A DNA stretch of 64,000 nucleotides, from contig CAVNZM010000003.1 in the NCBI GenBank assembly GCA_963693365.1, forward strand, positions 344,851 to 408,850. Reading direction: 5' to 3'. Below the pieces are notes generated by a model, which had not been told where the DNA came from, ran no database searches, and worked only from the letters and a program-made list of their open reading frames with translations. Numbering within the stretch: position 1 is the stretch's first letter; every line of letters starts with the position of its first letter. Of the stretch, positions 21,382 through 40,676 are shown piece by piece. The stretch is from Amoebidium appalachense. Its lineage: Eukaryota; Protista; Ichthyosporea. The translations under genes and the position numbers were made by a program.

Positions 21382-22471
21382 ATGGGTGTGCAGGGCTTGC
21401 TCCCAGCACTCGGCATTAGTGCCGAAAAAGCCACAGATGTTACTGCAGAGTTGCAACGTGGGGTAGTTGCTTTTGACGGGATGGTGCAGGTCCACAAGTC
21501 CTTTTCAGTTTTCGCTGACACAGTAGCCAAACAGCAAATAGATGACAAAAAAGTCACAGACGACACATATGCAGCTATTGCAAATCACTTTATGTCCAAA
21601 GTTAATACGTATAGGCTAGCAGGGGTCCAGCCACACTATGTGTTTGATGGGCGCAGATTGAAAGAGGGAAAACTAGTTGATAACGACCGTGCAGAAAAGG
21701 TGGTCAAAGCCCGCCAAGAAATAGCCACAAAAAGAGAGAAACAGGAGGAAGTAACTAAAAACAAATGGAGAAGCGCTGCAGAGTTAGATAACAGAGTTTT
21801 ACATGCAATCATCCTTAGACTGAAAGATGAGAATGTCGATTACACAGTAGCTCCATACGAAGCAGACCCCCAGCTTGCCTATGATGGCACGTACCGGTTT
21901 GGCACACACTGTTGTCACTGAGGATGCCGACCTTCTTCTGTATAACATCCCGCGGGTTGTATACAAACTGCGCATTGCGGATGCGGCGGTCATCCCTGGG
22001 ACCGCTAATGCGGTGCGCATTCCCAAACTGTACGGAGTGATTGTAACCCCCGCCGATGTTTTTACCAGAAGCACAAAGTACAACTTCGACGGATGGGATA
22101 TAGAAATACTGCGTTATTTTGCTATTGTGAATGGCTGTGATTATGTGAAAAAGCTCAGGGGAATTGGCATGGGCACTTTGCACGCAGCTGTAAGTGAGGC
22201 GTGCCGGGCCTGGGGACGCGAGGGAAGGCCGGTAGCTGCGGGGGTTGTGTTCACAGATCTGCTCCAGCATATCCAACGGGTCAGAAAGGGGAAAAGAGGG
22301 AAGGAAAAGCCCGTTAAAAGCACAGAAAACAAGCAGGGTGGGGACGAACGGGCAGGAAGAGTCGAAATCGGACGGAAAGGAGGTGAAGCAGTGGAGGAAG
22401 AGGTTGAGTGGTGGGATCTTGAATACGAACATGGAACGTATGAAAACGGGGCTGAGGTGATGAGGTTATAG
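21382..22471 (+). pseudogene. Exo1/XPG (FEN1-superfamily PIN + H3TH) 5' nuclease, intronless, frameshifted at ~21883
   Basis: MGVQGLLPAL start, VAFDG, HYVFDG..K, VAPYEADPQLAY, then after one extra base MARTGLAHTVVTEDADLLLY, AIVNGCDY, LRGIG. All canonical acidic catalytic motifs of Exo1/FEN1/XPG are present. The C-terminus degrades after ~22460. Confidence 0.85.
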
Positions 22472-22773
22472 AGATGCAATGATGAGGGTGAAGAGGTTAT
22501 AGAGATGCAATATGCAGATGGTACGAAAAAGAGGCGGATAGTAGGACCAAGTGTAGAAGAATTGGCCCAATCATGTAGTACAAGCCTGACCTTGTAGGGC
22601 TCCGTGCATTTGTACAGCAAATAGACCCTACTGGACACAAGTATAGTTTTACCTGGAATGAAAAGTTTATGGTGCAAATGTATCCATCATACAGGGCAGA
22701 AAACCACAAAAAGTGGAAGAAGAAGAAGTGAACACGAACACTGAAAATGCAACTGAATGATTCTGTTTTCCTT

Positions 22774-22806
<33 letters not shown>

Positions 22807-22833
22807 TTTACGTTATCTTTCATAATGTGTACT

Positions 22834-22889
<56 letters not shown>

Positions 22890-23136
22890 GTGATCTTCTG
22901 ACCGATCTAGTGAACCTATAATGAATGAATGAAGACCGTGTGTCAAATCTGAGAGCAATGTACCAGACCCTGGTGCCTGCATATGTTTCCTACCCCCCCC
23001 CCCCCCCTCCCCCCGGTCCCTCCTCCCCCCTTGGTGTTTGCATACGTGCCTACCTGCCCCCCCCCCCCCCCCACACACACACACACACGTGTGTGTGTGG
23101 GGGGGGGGGGGGCGTGCATGCGTGCGTGTGTGCAAA

Positions 23137-23171
<35 letters not shown>

Positions 23172-23362
23172 TTCCGTGTGTGCGTGGTTGTGTGTGTGTG
23201 TGAAGGGGGGGGAGGGGGGGGGGGGGGGGGGGGGAGAACGACTCAAGGTTGTACTTGGCACACAAATACATAATAATTTCAATTATTATTATTATTTTCC
23301 TATACAGGAAAAGTGGAGCCCTACTGGCCGAATACATACATGCAAGCATTCATTCATATTTT

Positions 23363-23445
<83 letters not shown>

Positions 23446-23488
23446 CAGAGAAGGGGGCTTTAGGGAGAGGCAATCGAAAACGAAAATT

Positions 23489-24325
23489 CTACACCATGCT
23501 TTTGGTGTGCCCGGGCCCCACCATATCCTTATATAGTGGCTCTTGCATGTTACACAAGAAAGCCACAGCCTTAGCTACCATCCAATGGGTGCCTACCATC
23601 GACATCTGCACCTGATTGCTAAACAGCCGATAATTTTTCATGCGCCCAAAAGCCCTCTCACTGCTCGTCTCCCCCCGCTCCCTCGCTCGTTTCCGTGTTT
23701 GCTCATTATCTGAGGCATCCATTCCTACAGCTTGCATATGACTATTGGCCCTTTCCTCCCTCAATAGCTGTACCTTCTCTCTGTACATCGGGTCTAGTTC
23801 CATTCGGATGGGACATGCATCCTTTGTTAATTTCAGTTTTCCATTCTTAGCAGTAATATCATCATCGGTGAAATGTGCCTCGCATACAACCAGTTGCTTA
23901 AGGATAGCCAGTGGCCAGGGGACTTCCACCTTCGGTTGCCCCCGTTTCCTCTTTGGTTGTGGTTCTTGTGCCGACTACTCAGCTGGCACAGCCGAGTCAT
24001 TGGCATTTTCGGATTGTGTGTCAGCTGTGTGTGTCTCAGTAGTGGTTGTGTCTGTATTTACGTCTGTCCCATCCGAGGCCTTTGGCCTTGTGTCTGTGTG
24101 TGTGTCTGGGTCGGGGGGTGCTTGCTTTGTGTGTTCTGCTATTTGTTTCCGCTCATACTTTGTTTGCTCCTGCCTGCCTATAGCATTTAACCAAGCATGC
24201 CTCCTAGCCAATACATTTGGTTTGCATCCATATGGAACAGTAAAATGCTTTATCTTCCTGGTAGGATCTTTGGGAGAGACTGTTTCTTCGTCATTTTGGC
24301 AGTAGTTAGCCGCGCAAGTTGGCAT
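23489..24325 (-). pseudogene. THAP zinc finger fused to the C-terminal fragment of a Harbinger/ISL2EU-type (DDE_Tnp_4) transposase
   Basis: MPTCAANYC..HFTVP..RRHAWLNAIGR..[Thr-rich insert, in-frame TAG at 23975-23977]..VVCEAHFTDDD..KLTKDACP is the THAP C2CH pattern. ERAFGRMKNYRLF..AVAFLCNMQEPL matches the tail of DDE_Tnp_4 transposases. The two ORFs are in the same frame. The first two catalytic Asp regions are missing. Confidence 0.75.
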
Positions 24326-24748
24326 TGTGAGTGCCTAACATATATAGTTAGAAAACAACCCGCCTTCATGAAAAATGTGCAGCGCAGTTTTGTCCGGACA
24401 CGTGTGTGGCATGCCGTGTGTACATGGTATAGCTCGGCCACACGATCTTAGGTGCCCAATATGCAGATCAAGCCCACTCAATCCAGATAGATATCGATCT
24501 GAGCGGCGCCAGAAAGTATTCGAGCCGCGCGATCCCGTATCCCTTAATGTCACGGCTTAGCCCGCCTGTCGGATAGTCTAAAATGTATACCCCTGGTTTG
24601 TTTTTTTACGTCATGGCAAATTGCTTTATACTACAACCGTGCGTCATTTTGAAAAGACTATACATGTCAGCTGTTGTTTGTGTAAGGCTGCAAGTTCCGG
24701 TTTTTCGTGCCAGCAGTCCAGGAAAAAAAACACAGCCAAGCAAGCAAC

Positions 24749-25950
24749 ATGTTTCTCTCATCAGCCCTCCGCCCGTCCGTGTGTGCGCGCGCACTAGCCT
24801 CGTCCGCCGTGCGTGTGTGCACGCGCACACTCGCCACCGCCCTGGGGGGGAATCAACACCACCAAGTACCCCATTCACGACCCCAACTCTGCCGAACGCA
24901 AAGCCCTTGTAGAAAGATCTCGCAAAACACTTCTCGAGAAGGGAGTAGTCACCTTCCCCAACTTCATCACCCCGGAGGCTGTAAATTATTGTGCAACTGA
25001 AGCGTTCACAAAGGCACCACACGCGTACGCCACCGATGACACGCACAACGCGTACCTTCTACCTGGGGAGGATAAGTCACTCCCTGCGGACCACCCACGA
25101 AACATGCAGATGAGAACACGTGTTGCAAGCACCGCTTATGATGAGCTGGATACTCAGGGCACGCTGAGACAGCTGTATGATGGGCCCCACTTGGTGAGTT
25201 TTGTGGGAGATATTCTCGGAAAGAAGGATTTCTACCGTTTGGCGGATCCCCTGGGTGCATGTTCGGTCAACGTTTTCAGGCCTGGTAAGTGCATGTGCTT
25301 GATCATGTTTGAGGGTGTGTACTTGAATTGTTGTGTTTTTTCTGCTGTTAATGTGCTTCTCACCGCTCGTCTCCTTTTTCTCATTCTTCTACGTTCACGC
25401 GCTCTCCCTTCTCTCTGCCGTCTCTCCACATGATCTCTCTTCCTTTCTCCCTCCCCTCCCTCCCTCCCCGCTTCCCCCCATACACACACACACACACACA
25501 CACACAGTCTGTCTTCACCCCGGCCCACCACCCTCTTTTTCTCTCTTTCTGCCTGGCTTTCCGTCTCTCACCCCCTTTCTGTCTTTGCCCATCCCCTTCC
25601 CCCCCCCCCCCCCCCCCCCCCCCCCCTTATCCCCACACAACCCACCCACCCACCCACCCTCGCGGCCTACACCACCCCTCCTTACCTTTCAATGGTATCC
25701 TAAATTTGCTTTGGTTGGGATTATGGCCGTCAACAGAGGACCTACGGTGCATTCATGTTTTCCTTTCGGACGGAGAGGGGGGGGGGGGAGGGGGGGGGGA
25801 ACGGGGTCCAGATATGAATTACTGCAGAGATCATTCCCCCTTATTAGCACGACCCCATTCCACTTATAATTGACGTCCATCACTCTTACCTCCTCATCCC
25901 CTCTCCCCTTCTCCTTCCCCCCTCCCCCCCCCCCCCCCCCCCCCCCCCCC

Positions 25951-26000
<50 letters not shown>

Positions 26001-26319
26001 CTGGTACCACTCGTACCACTTTGACGAGACAGAGTTCACCACCACACTGTGCCTTCAGGCTGCCGAGGATGGGGGAGACTTTGAGTTTATCCCCCACCTG
26101 CGTACCTCCAACAAGGAATTTGTGGTGGATAAAGTTGAGGCGGCACTGAGGGGGGAGATAAAGCCACAGAAACTGGAGTTTGCCCCAGGTAATGGGTGTG
26201 TGTGTGGGGGGGGGGGGAGTATGGGTTTGGGTGGGTGGTTGTGTGGGAGGAGGGGGGGCAGGGGAAGTGTACCTGAATGCGTGTATGGGTGGGGAGGGGG
26301 GCCGGGTATGGGTGTGTGT

Positions 26320-26372
<53 letters not shown>

Positions 26373-26938
26373 GACAGCGGTGGTGAATGGGGGGAGAGGG
26401 GTTTTTTTTTTTTTTTTTGGGAGGGGGGGGGGGGGTTCGTTTCTGCCTGGAAGGGCGCTTGATGAGGGTATTGGATGGCTGTATGCGCCGAACCGGCACC
26501 CCGGGGGGAGGGGGGTGAGGGGGATTGATAAGAGGCGGTGCATGTTCCTGTCTTTTGCCCTTTCCTCATTCCTACCACCTTCCCCCCCCCCCCTCCCCCT
26601 CCCCCGGAACCCGCTTCCCTGGTATGCTAGTATGCTACCCTGAGGCCCACATTTTATACTTCTTCTCCTGGCCTTCTACCCGTTCTGAAATAACCACTCT
26701 CGCCCACATTCTATATATATATATACACCGGTTCTAAATATAGCCTTGGCCCACAGGTACTCTCAGTATCTTTGCCGGCCGCTATGCTCTTCACCGGGTG
26801 ACGGAGGTGAAGGGATCACGTGACCGGCTGGTGGCGGTGCTGTGTTTTGCCCAGGAGGAGGGTAAAATGAACAGCCCGGAGGTCCAAAAGTTGTTCTGGG
26901 GCAGGTCTATTCAGCCGGAGCAGGCAGCTGCTGCATAA
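24749..26938 (+). CDS. Fe(II)/2-oxoglutarate dioxygenase, BesD/HalD/ArpA-like family (HxD hydroxylase type), with an N-terminal mitochondrial-type presequence
   Basis: Exons 24749-25284, 26000-26188 and 26757-26938 with GT-AG sites. Motifs: YPIHDP, HPRN, LYD, YRLADPLGACSVN, YHFD, AEDGGDFEF, GTLSIFAGRYALHRVT, RLVAVL, FWGR. The presequence MFLSSALRPSVCARALASSAVRVCTRTLA is R/S/A-rich with no acidic residues. One extra G in the G7 run at ~24844-24850 shifts the frame (probable sequencing error). Confidence 0.85.
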
Positions 26939-27298
26939 TATCATAAATTTAAGTGGGTGTTCTGACCAGTTATAAACATGCATTTTACAATTTAAATGTA
27001 ATGATGGTCCTTGTGTATAGTCGGCTTGGTAAAGGTGTTGTGCTTTTTTTTGTGTTTGCAGAGATGGCATGTCGTTGCTTCTTGCGTGGTGTGCTGTCAT
27101 AATAGCCCTATGGGGGCTTGTTGGTGATATCACGGTAATACCTTACACACTATTATAATTACAGTTAAACAAATTGCATCATACGTAGGATAAAACCTTG
27201 TACATATGCCTTCAAAACAGGGAGCTCCTTTTATTCTTTCCTTTTGCAAAAACATAAAACGTTTCTCGCCTAGCTTACCACTATAAAATACAAACCGG

Positions 27299-27336
<38 letters not shown>

Positions 27337-27883
27337 GCCCTGTTTGGGAGGCTTCTTCCCTTTGTGGCTGGCTGAATCCGAATGTGCAAAGATTTTTTGT
27401 CGGGGTTCTTTGCTCGTGGCATTCTTTAACATCTAAGCCAGCATTTCTCGATGATGCATTAATATGGCAATTGGTGATGCCCAAAATAGGACATTGTCAG
27501 ATTGCACCATAAGTAGGCAAAGTCCGAAGTCAGTCGACGTCATGCGGTTGTGTTGCCGGCTTAGGCATTAATCTGTCTTGCACATGTGCTGAGAATGTTG
27601 AGGGATTAAAGACGCTTAATGGTGCTCTGTGCATGATTATATATGGTTATCCATCTGTAATCATTAAAGAGCGCCCACACGGGTGTGGTCAACACGTGAT
27701 TCTATTTTGGTCTGTCGCGTGTTATGTGTGTGCCCGTTACACTTTATTACATGTCTAAACCACTAACCCATTGCATCAATTTTATTTTTTTGTCGACCTG
27801 TTTTGTATGTATTGCTTTCATTATTGTATCTCCGCCTTTTTCAGACTATCACATCTCCGTGCCCCCTGTCCCTCCAATTAGCA

Positions 27884-28140
<257 letters not shown>

Positions 28141-28623
28141 CCGTCTATCACTCTCGAGCTCTCCCCCTCTGATTATCCCCCCCCCCCCCCCCCCCCCCCC
28201 CCGGGCGTGTCCCGGGCGCCATTAATATGATAACAGTTGCCGCCCGGAAAAGCTAAGAATATGCACCACAACCACGTTTTGGGGGGGACATCTGAATTAA
28301 TGCATATGGCGGCGTGAAGTTTTTAGCAACCTGAGCAGAATGGTTTCCATGTTTAAAGTGAACACAACCGCTGAAGTTTAATTAATGTGCCATCTCGCAG
28401 CCCCTTGCATCTAAATATGACGGCTACTCGGTTGTACCGGGGTGTGTCAATGCGTAGTGCTTCATAAGTATATAAAATGTTTGTATTATGTGATTCAATA
28501 TGATACATGTGAGCAAAAGAACCCCGAGGATGCCATGCGGAACAATAGTAGACCTTAGGGGCTTTTTTAAATTCGTAATATATGGGGAGTGGGGAGAGTA
28601 ATAATTATCGACGTCCCACTGGG

Positions 28624-28670
<47 letters not shown>

Positions 28671-28800
28671 GGGGGGGGGGGGGGAGGGGGCCCCGAAGGG
28701 GAGAAGGGTGGGGGAGGGGGAAGGCACCTCCTCCGCGGGGTGGGTGGGTATCCTCCCTTCCCCCGCCTCCCCACGTTAGCTGCAAGGGCGGGTGCGTGCG

Positions 28801-28845
<45 letters not shown>

Positions 28846-29104
28846 ACTCCCTCCCCCCCAATATTAATGATTGCCAAACACTGTACATTTCTTTCGACCC
28901 ACCGGTTACCGTAACGGTCAACTATTACAAAACTAGCCACGCATCATATTGCGCATGCTCACCCTTGCAGTGCTCGTGTGGCACTACGTGTCCGTGTAGT
29001 GGGGAGTAGTGTATGTGCACGTGTCGTCACTGTGTGGTGTGGGTGAGTGTTGACATGATCCGAGGTTCCTGTCAATGGCATCACTGGTGGTTTGTGCACC
29101 TCGT

Positions 29105-29188
<84 letters not shown>

Positions 29189-29229
29189 CACATGACGTTG
29201 TGTGTGCAGGCACGTGGGGTGGGGTGGGT

Positions 29230-29307
<78 letters not shown>

Positions 29308-30186
29308 GGGACATATGACAGGACTGGGTTCCCCCCGGACTGTGTAGCACGAGTTTCAGCGAGTCCGACTAGTTTATAGCTTCATCGTTAACGGTTTGGG
29401 AGCTTGTGTGGTTAACCACTGCGAAATCATGGCACTCAGTATTCATTATGATATGATCAGGTTATATAATACATATTGATTCCATTTGCCCGCCATGGCA
29501 GCCTGCGGAATCCGGGGGGGTCACGGTGGGTTCCTTGCAATTGGAGGGGGGTGGGTGGCCATGGGTGGGTGGGGAGGGGGGGGGGGGGGGGGGGAAGCCT
29601 CAGGGGGGCTTTGGTGGGTGGCGGGTCCCTCCCCTAATCCCTTCTTTCCCTGCTTTTCTGCGCATGCTAGCCGGAGCCTCAGGGGGGGACCCACCTGTTC
29701 AAAGAGGGGTCCGGGTGGGGGGTCCCCCTCGAGATCCCCTTCCCCCCCCCCCCCCCCCCCCCCCCCCCAGCCAGATAGTCTCTTCTATAGCTATCCTCTT
29801 CACGCTTTAAACCCAAGAATCCCTAAAGTCGTGCAGTCAAGGCTAATAATAAGGGCCCGGGTCACCTTTTCATTTTTGTAATGTTGTAGTATGTTAAGTT
29901 TCTTCTTTTTAAAGTTTTTGCAATATTTCCATTAACACCATATATAGCATGAGAGCACCGTAGGCTAATTAGTGCAGGTAGAAAATGAATGCCATGCATA
30001 CAGATGCCGTCCGCCATCAGACGCCATTATGAGGGGGTGAGTGGGTGGGTTGGGGGGGGGGGGGGGGGGTTTGAATGCGTCAAAAAGTACGCTTAAGAAC
30101 CCCCCCCAAAACATGGTCGCGGTGCATGCATATTCTGAAAGTTTTTGCATGGCCGCTATCATATTCTTGAATGGCACGGGAGCCTC

Positions 30187-30219
<33 letters not shown>

Positions 30220-30348
30220 GGGGGGAGGGGGGGGGGGGATCCGGGGAGGGGGAGAAGGGGGGAAGGGACGGGGGAGACATGCAGAGGGGAGGGTTGGGGT
30301 GTGTGTACATGTGTTGAGGGGGGGAAGGGGGGGGGGGGGGGGGAGGGG

Positions 30349-30422
30349 GCATGAGTATGCATGATCCAGCCAAGTTTCTAGGTCATTGCATGAGTATGCA
30401 TGATCCAGCCAAGTTTCTAGGC
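30349..30422. repeat. Two-copy tandem duplication (gcatgagtatgcatgatccagccaagtttctagg)
   Basis: Directly visible; MSMHDPAKFLGH occurs twice in ORF 30351. Confidence 0.85.
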
Positions 30423-30648
30423 CATTCCGCCAAAAATCTGGCTGCGCATGCGGTGCATACCAGTCTTAGAAAAAAACGGACTTGGCCGCTAGCATATTCT
30501 TATTGGCGGGTATTCTTAATGGTGGACGGTATCTGTGTGACCGAAAATGCCGCACTGCAGTTGGTTTGTTTTGTTAGTCGCACACTTTCAACACACACAC
30601 ACGTGCAAACACACACGCACACGCACACAAACACGCACACACACACGC

Positions 30649-30685
<37 letters not shown>

Positions 30686-30777
30686 CGCGCACACACACAC
30701 ACACACACGCACAACAATGTTTGACTTCAGGCACTTTCATCAGCTACAAAGATTAGACCCCCCCCCCCCCCCCCCCC

Positions 30778-30820
<43 letters not shown>

Positions 30821-30998
30821 GGCTGGACGTCCGTCCGTAATACCCGTAACCAGATATGGCAACCGGATGTACGCAGGATACAAATAACTGCAACAGTTTA
30901 TTAACTCTTTAAATGCTATCTCATCATATTACTAAATATGGGCATGTCACATTACGCATATTTGTTTCTAACCTGTACACACTGACGCCTCATAATCA

Positions 30999-31071
<73 letters not shown>

Positions 31072-31114
31072 AAAGAAAGAAAAGAAGGGAAAAAGCCGAC
31101 AAACCAAGTAAGAA

Positions 31115-31637
31115 ATTTTTTATTTTTATAATGACTTTATTGATATGCTCATGAAAGAGAAGCAAGCCGGAGATATCACAGATATCTCAGAGAAGAAAAT
31201 ACAAAAACCCCTACTCACGGATACGGAGGAGATAACGACTCAAATAATCATACACCCTAGAAAACTCGTTAAACATACGGTGGTTTAACAGATAGTCAAT
31301 AGAAGTCATATCTGGATTATCTAAATAAGCTAGTCTTCGAATTTCTAACGGAAGAATCTGAGATAAATAAATACATTTATCTAGATGTTTGCGAGAAAAA
31401 GGTTCTGCACAAAAGTGACACAAACATTTATGGAAACTAAGGTTACAACGCCAATATAAACATTCCCAAGCAATATCAGATATGCTCATGAAAGAGAAGC
31501 CGGAGATATCACAGATATCTCAGAGAAGAAAATACAAAAACCCCTACTCACGGATACGGAGGAGATAACGACCCAAATAATCATACACCCTAGAAAACTC
31601 GTTAAACCTACGGTGGTTTAACAGATAGTCAATAGAA
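31115..31637 (-). mobile_element. 3' end of a non-LTR retrotransposon, two 5'-truncated copies in tandem
   Basis: Minus ORF 31211-31489 has CLYWR..CHFCAEPFSRKHLDKC..SIDYLLN, a C-terminal CCHC-type knuckle like those ending LINE ORF2 proteins. The ~160-bp 3' segment is duplicated (31142-31303 and 31479-31637). It ends in aataaa and an A-rich tail on the minus strand. Confidence 0.6.
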
Positions 31638-31714
31638 TGTTTGCCCCCTAAACCAATGCGGGAATGGAGAGCAAAAATCGAAGTAAGATGGATCAAACAA
31701 AAAAGCCGAACGGG

Positions 31715-31751
<37 letters not shown>

Positions 31752-32311
31752 AAGAAGAAGAGAAAGTATTTATCTATGTTCCCATATTTTCTCAACTTTG
31801 CTCCCCACTCGAAAAACGTCTAAAAATATAAAAACACCCACGGAGCAAAATTTTAACGGGCAAACAAATTTCCCCAAATCAAGTGTCGCATCTTCAAGAA
31901 TTGCACTCGACACGCAAAACGCCTAAATACGATCTACCACACCCTAATTTCAAAATAATCCAAAACAAAAGAAAGAAAAAATGACAGGGTAAGGCAACCG
32001 TAAATTTTTAAGTCTTTTATAAATCATTCAATATGCACAATTGGGTTTTTAGAAAGTCGAAAAGGGATAACGGCGTACAGGTGCGCGGTGTTTGGAAAAA
32101 AGGGGGGTCGGGAAAAGAAGGGGATTACTTTTCGTATTTGCAATCTCTGCCTGAAAATTCCGTTTGTGGTTCCCCCGAGAGATGATTTTTGTCAACGATC
32201 GGGGAGGAAGATGGCATCAATTCATTCATGGATAGGATGAGAGGCAGAGATTCACATCATGGAAAAGGCTAATCGAGTCTAATCGGATGGTGATCGGTGG
32301 CCCCGATTGGT

Positions 32312-40676
<8,365 letters not shown>

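Larger units (their letters stand above)
21185..24543. mobile_element. Cut-and-paste DNA transposon (THAP + Harbinger/ISL2EU-type DDE remnant) carrying an Exo1/XPG-like nuclease; defective copy
   Basis: Perfect 14-bp TIR GGGATACGGGATCG (21185-21198; reverse complement at 24530-24543), flanked by TTAA at 21181-21184 and 24544-24547. A second perfect 14-bp inverted motif CTTTCTGGCGCCGC at 21223-21236 and 24503-24516. Two convergent ORFs inside. Confidence 0.85.

Noticed and set aside
21382-22471. Calling this ORF the host EXO1 gene
   Set aside because: It is intronless, frameshifted, divergent and enclosed by transposon TIRs.
27433-27564. Possible ~130-bp MITE (ctaagccagca...tgccggcttag)
   Set aside because: Only a short imperfect inverted repeat, no clear TSD and no second copy.
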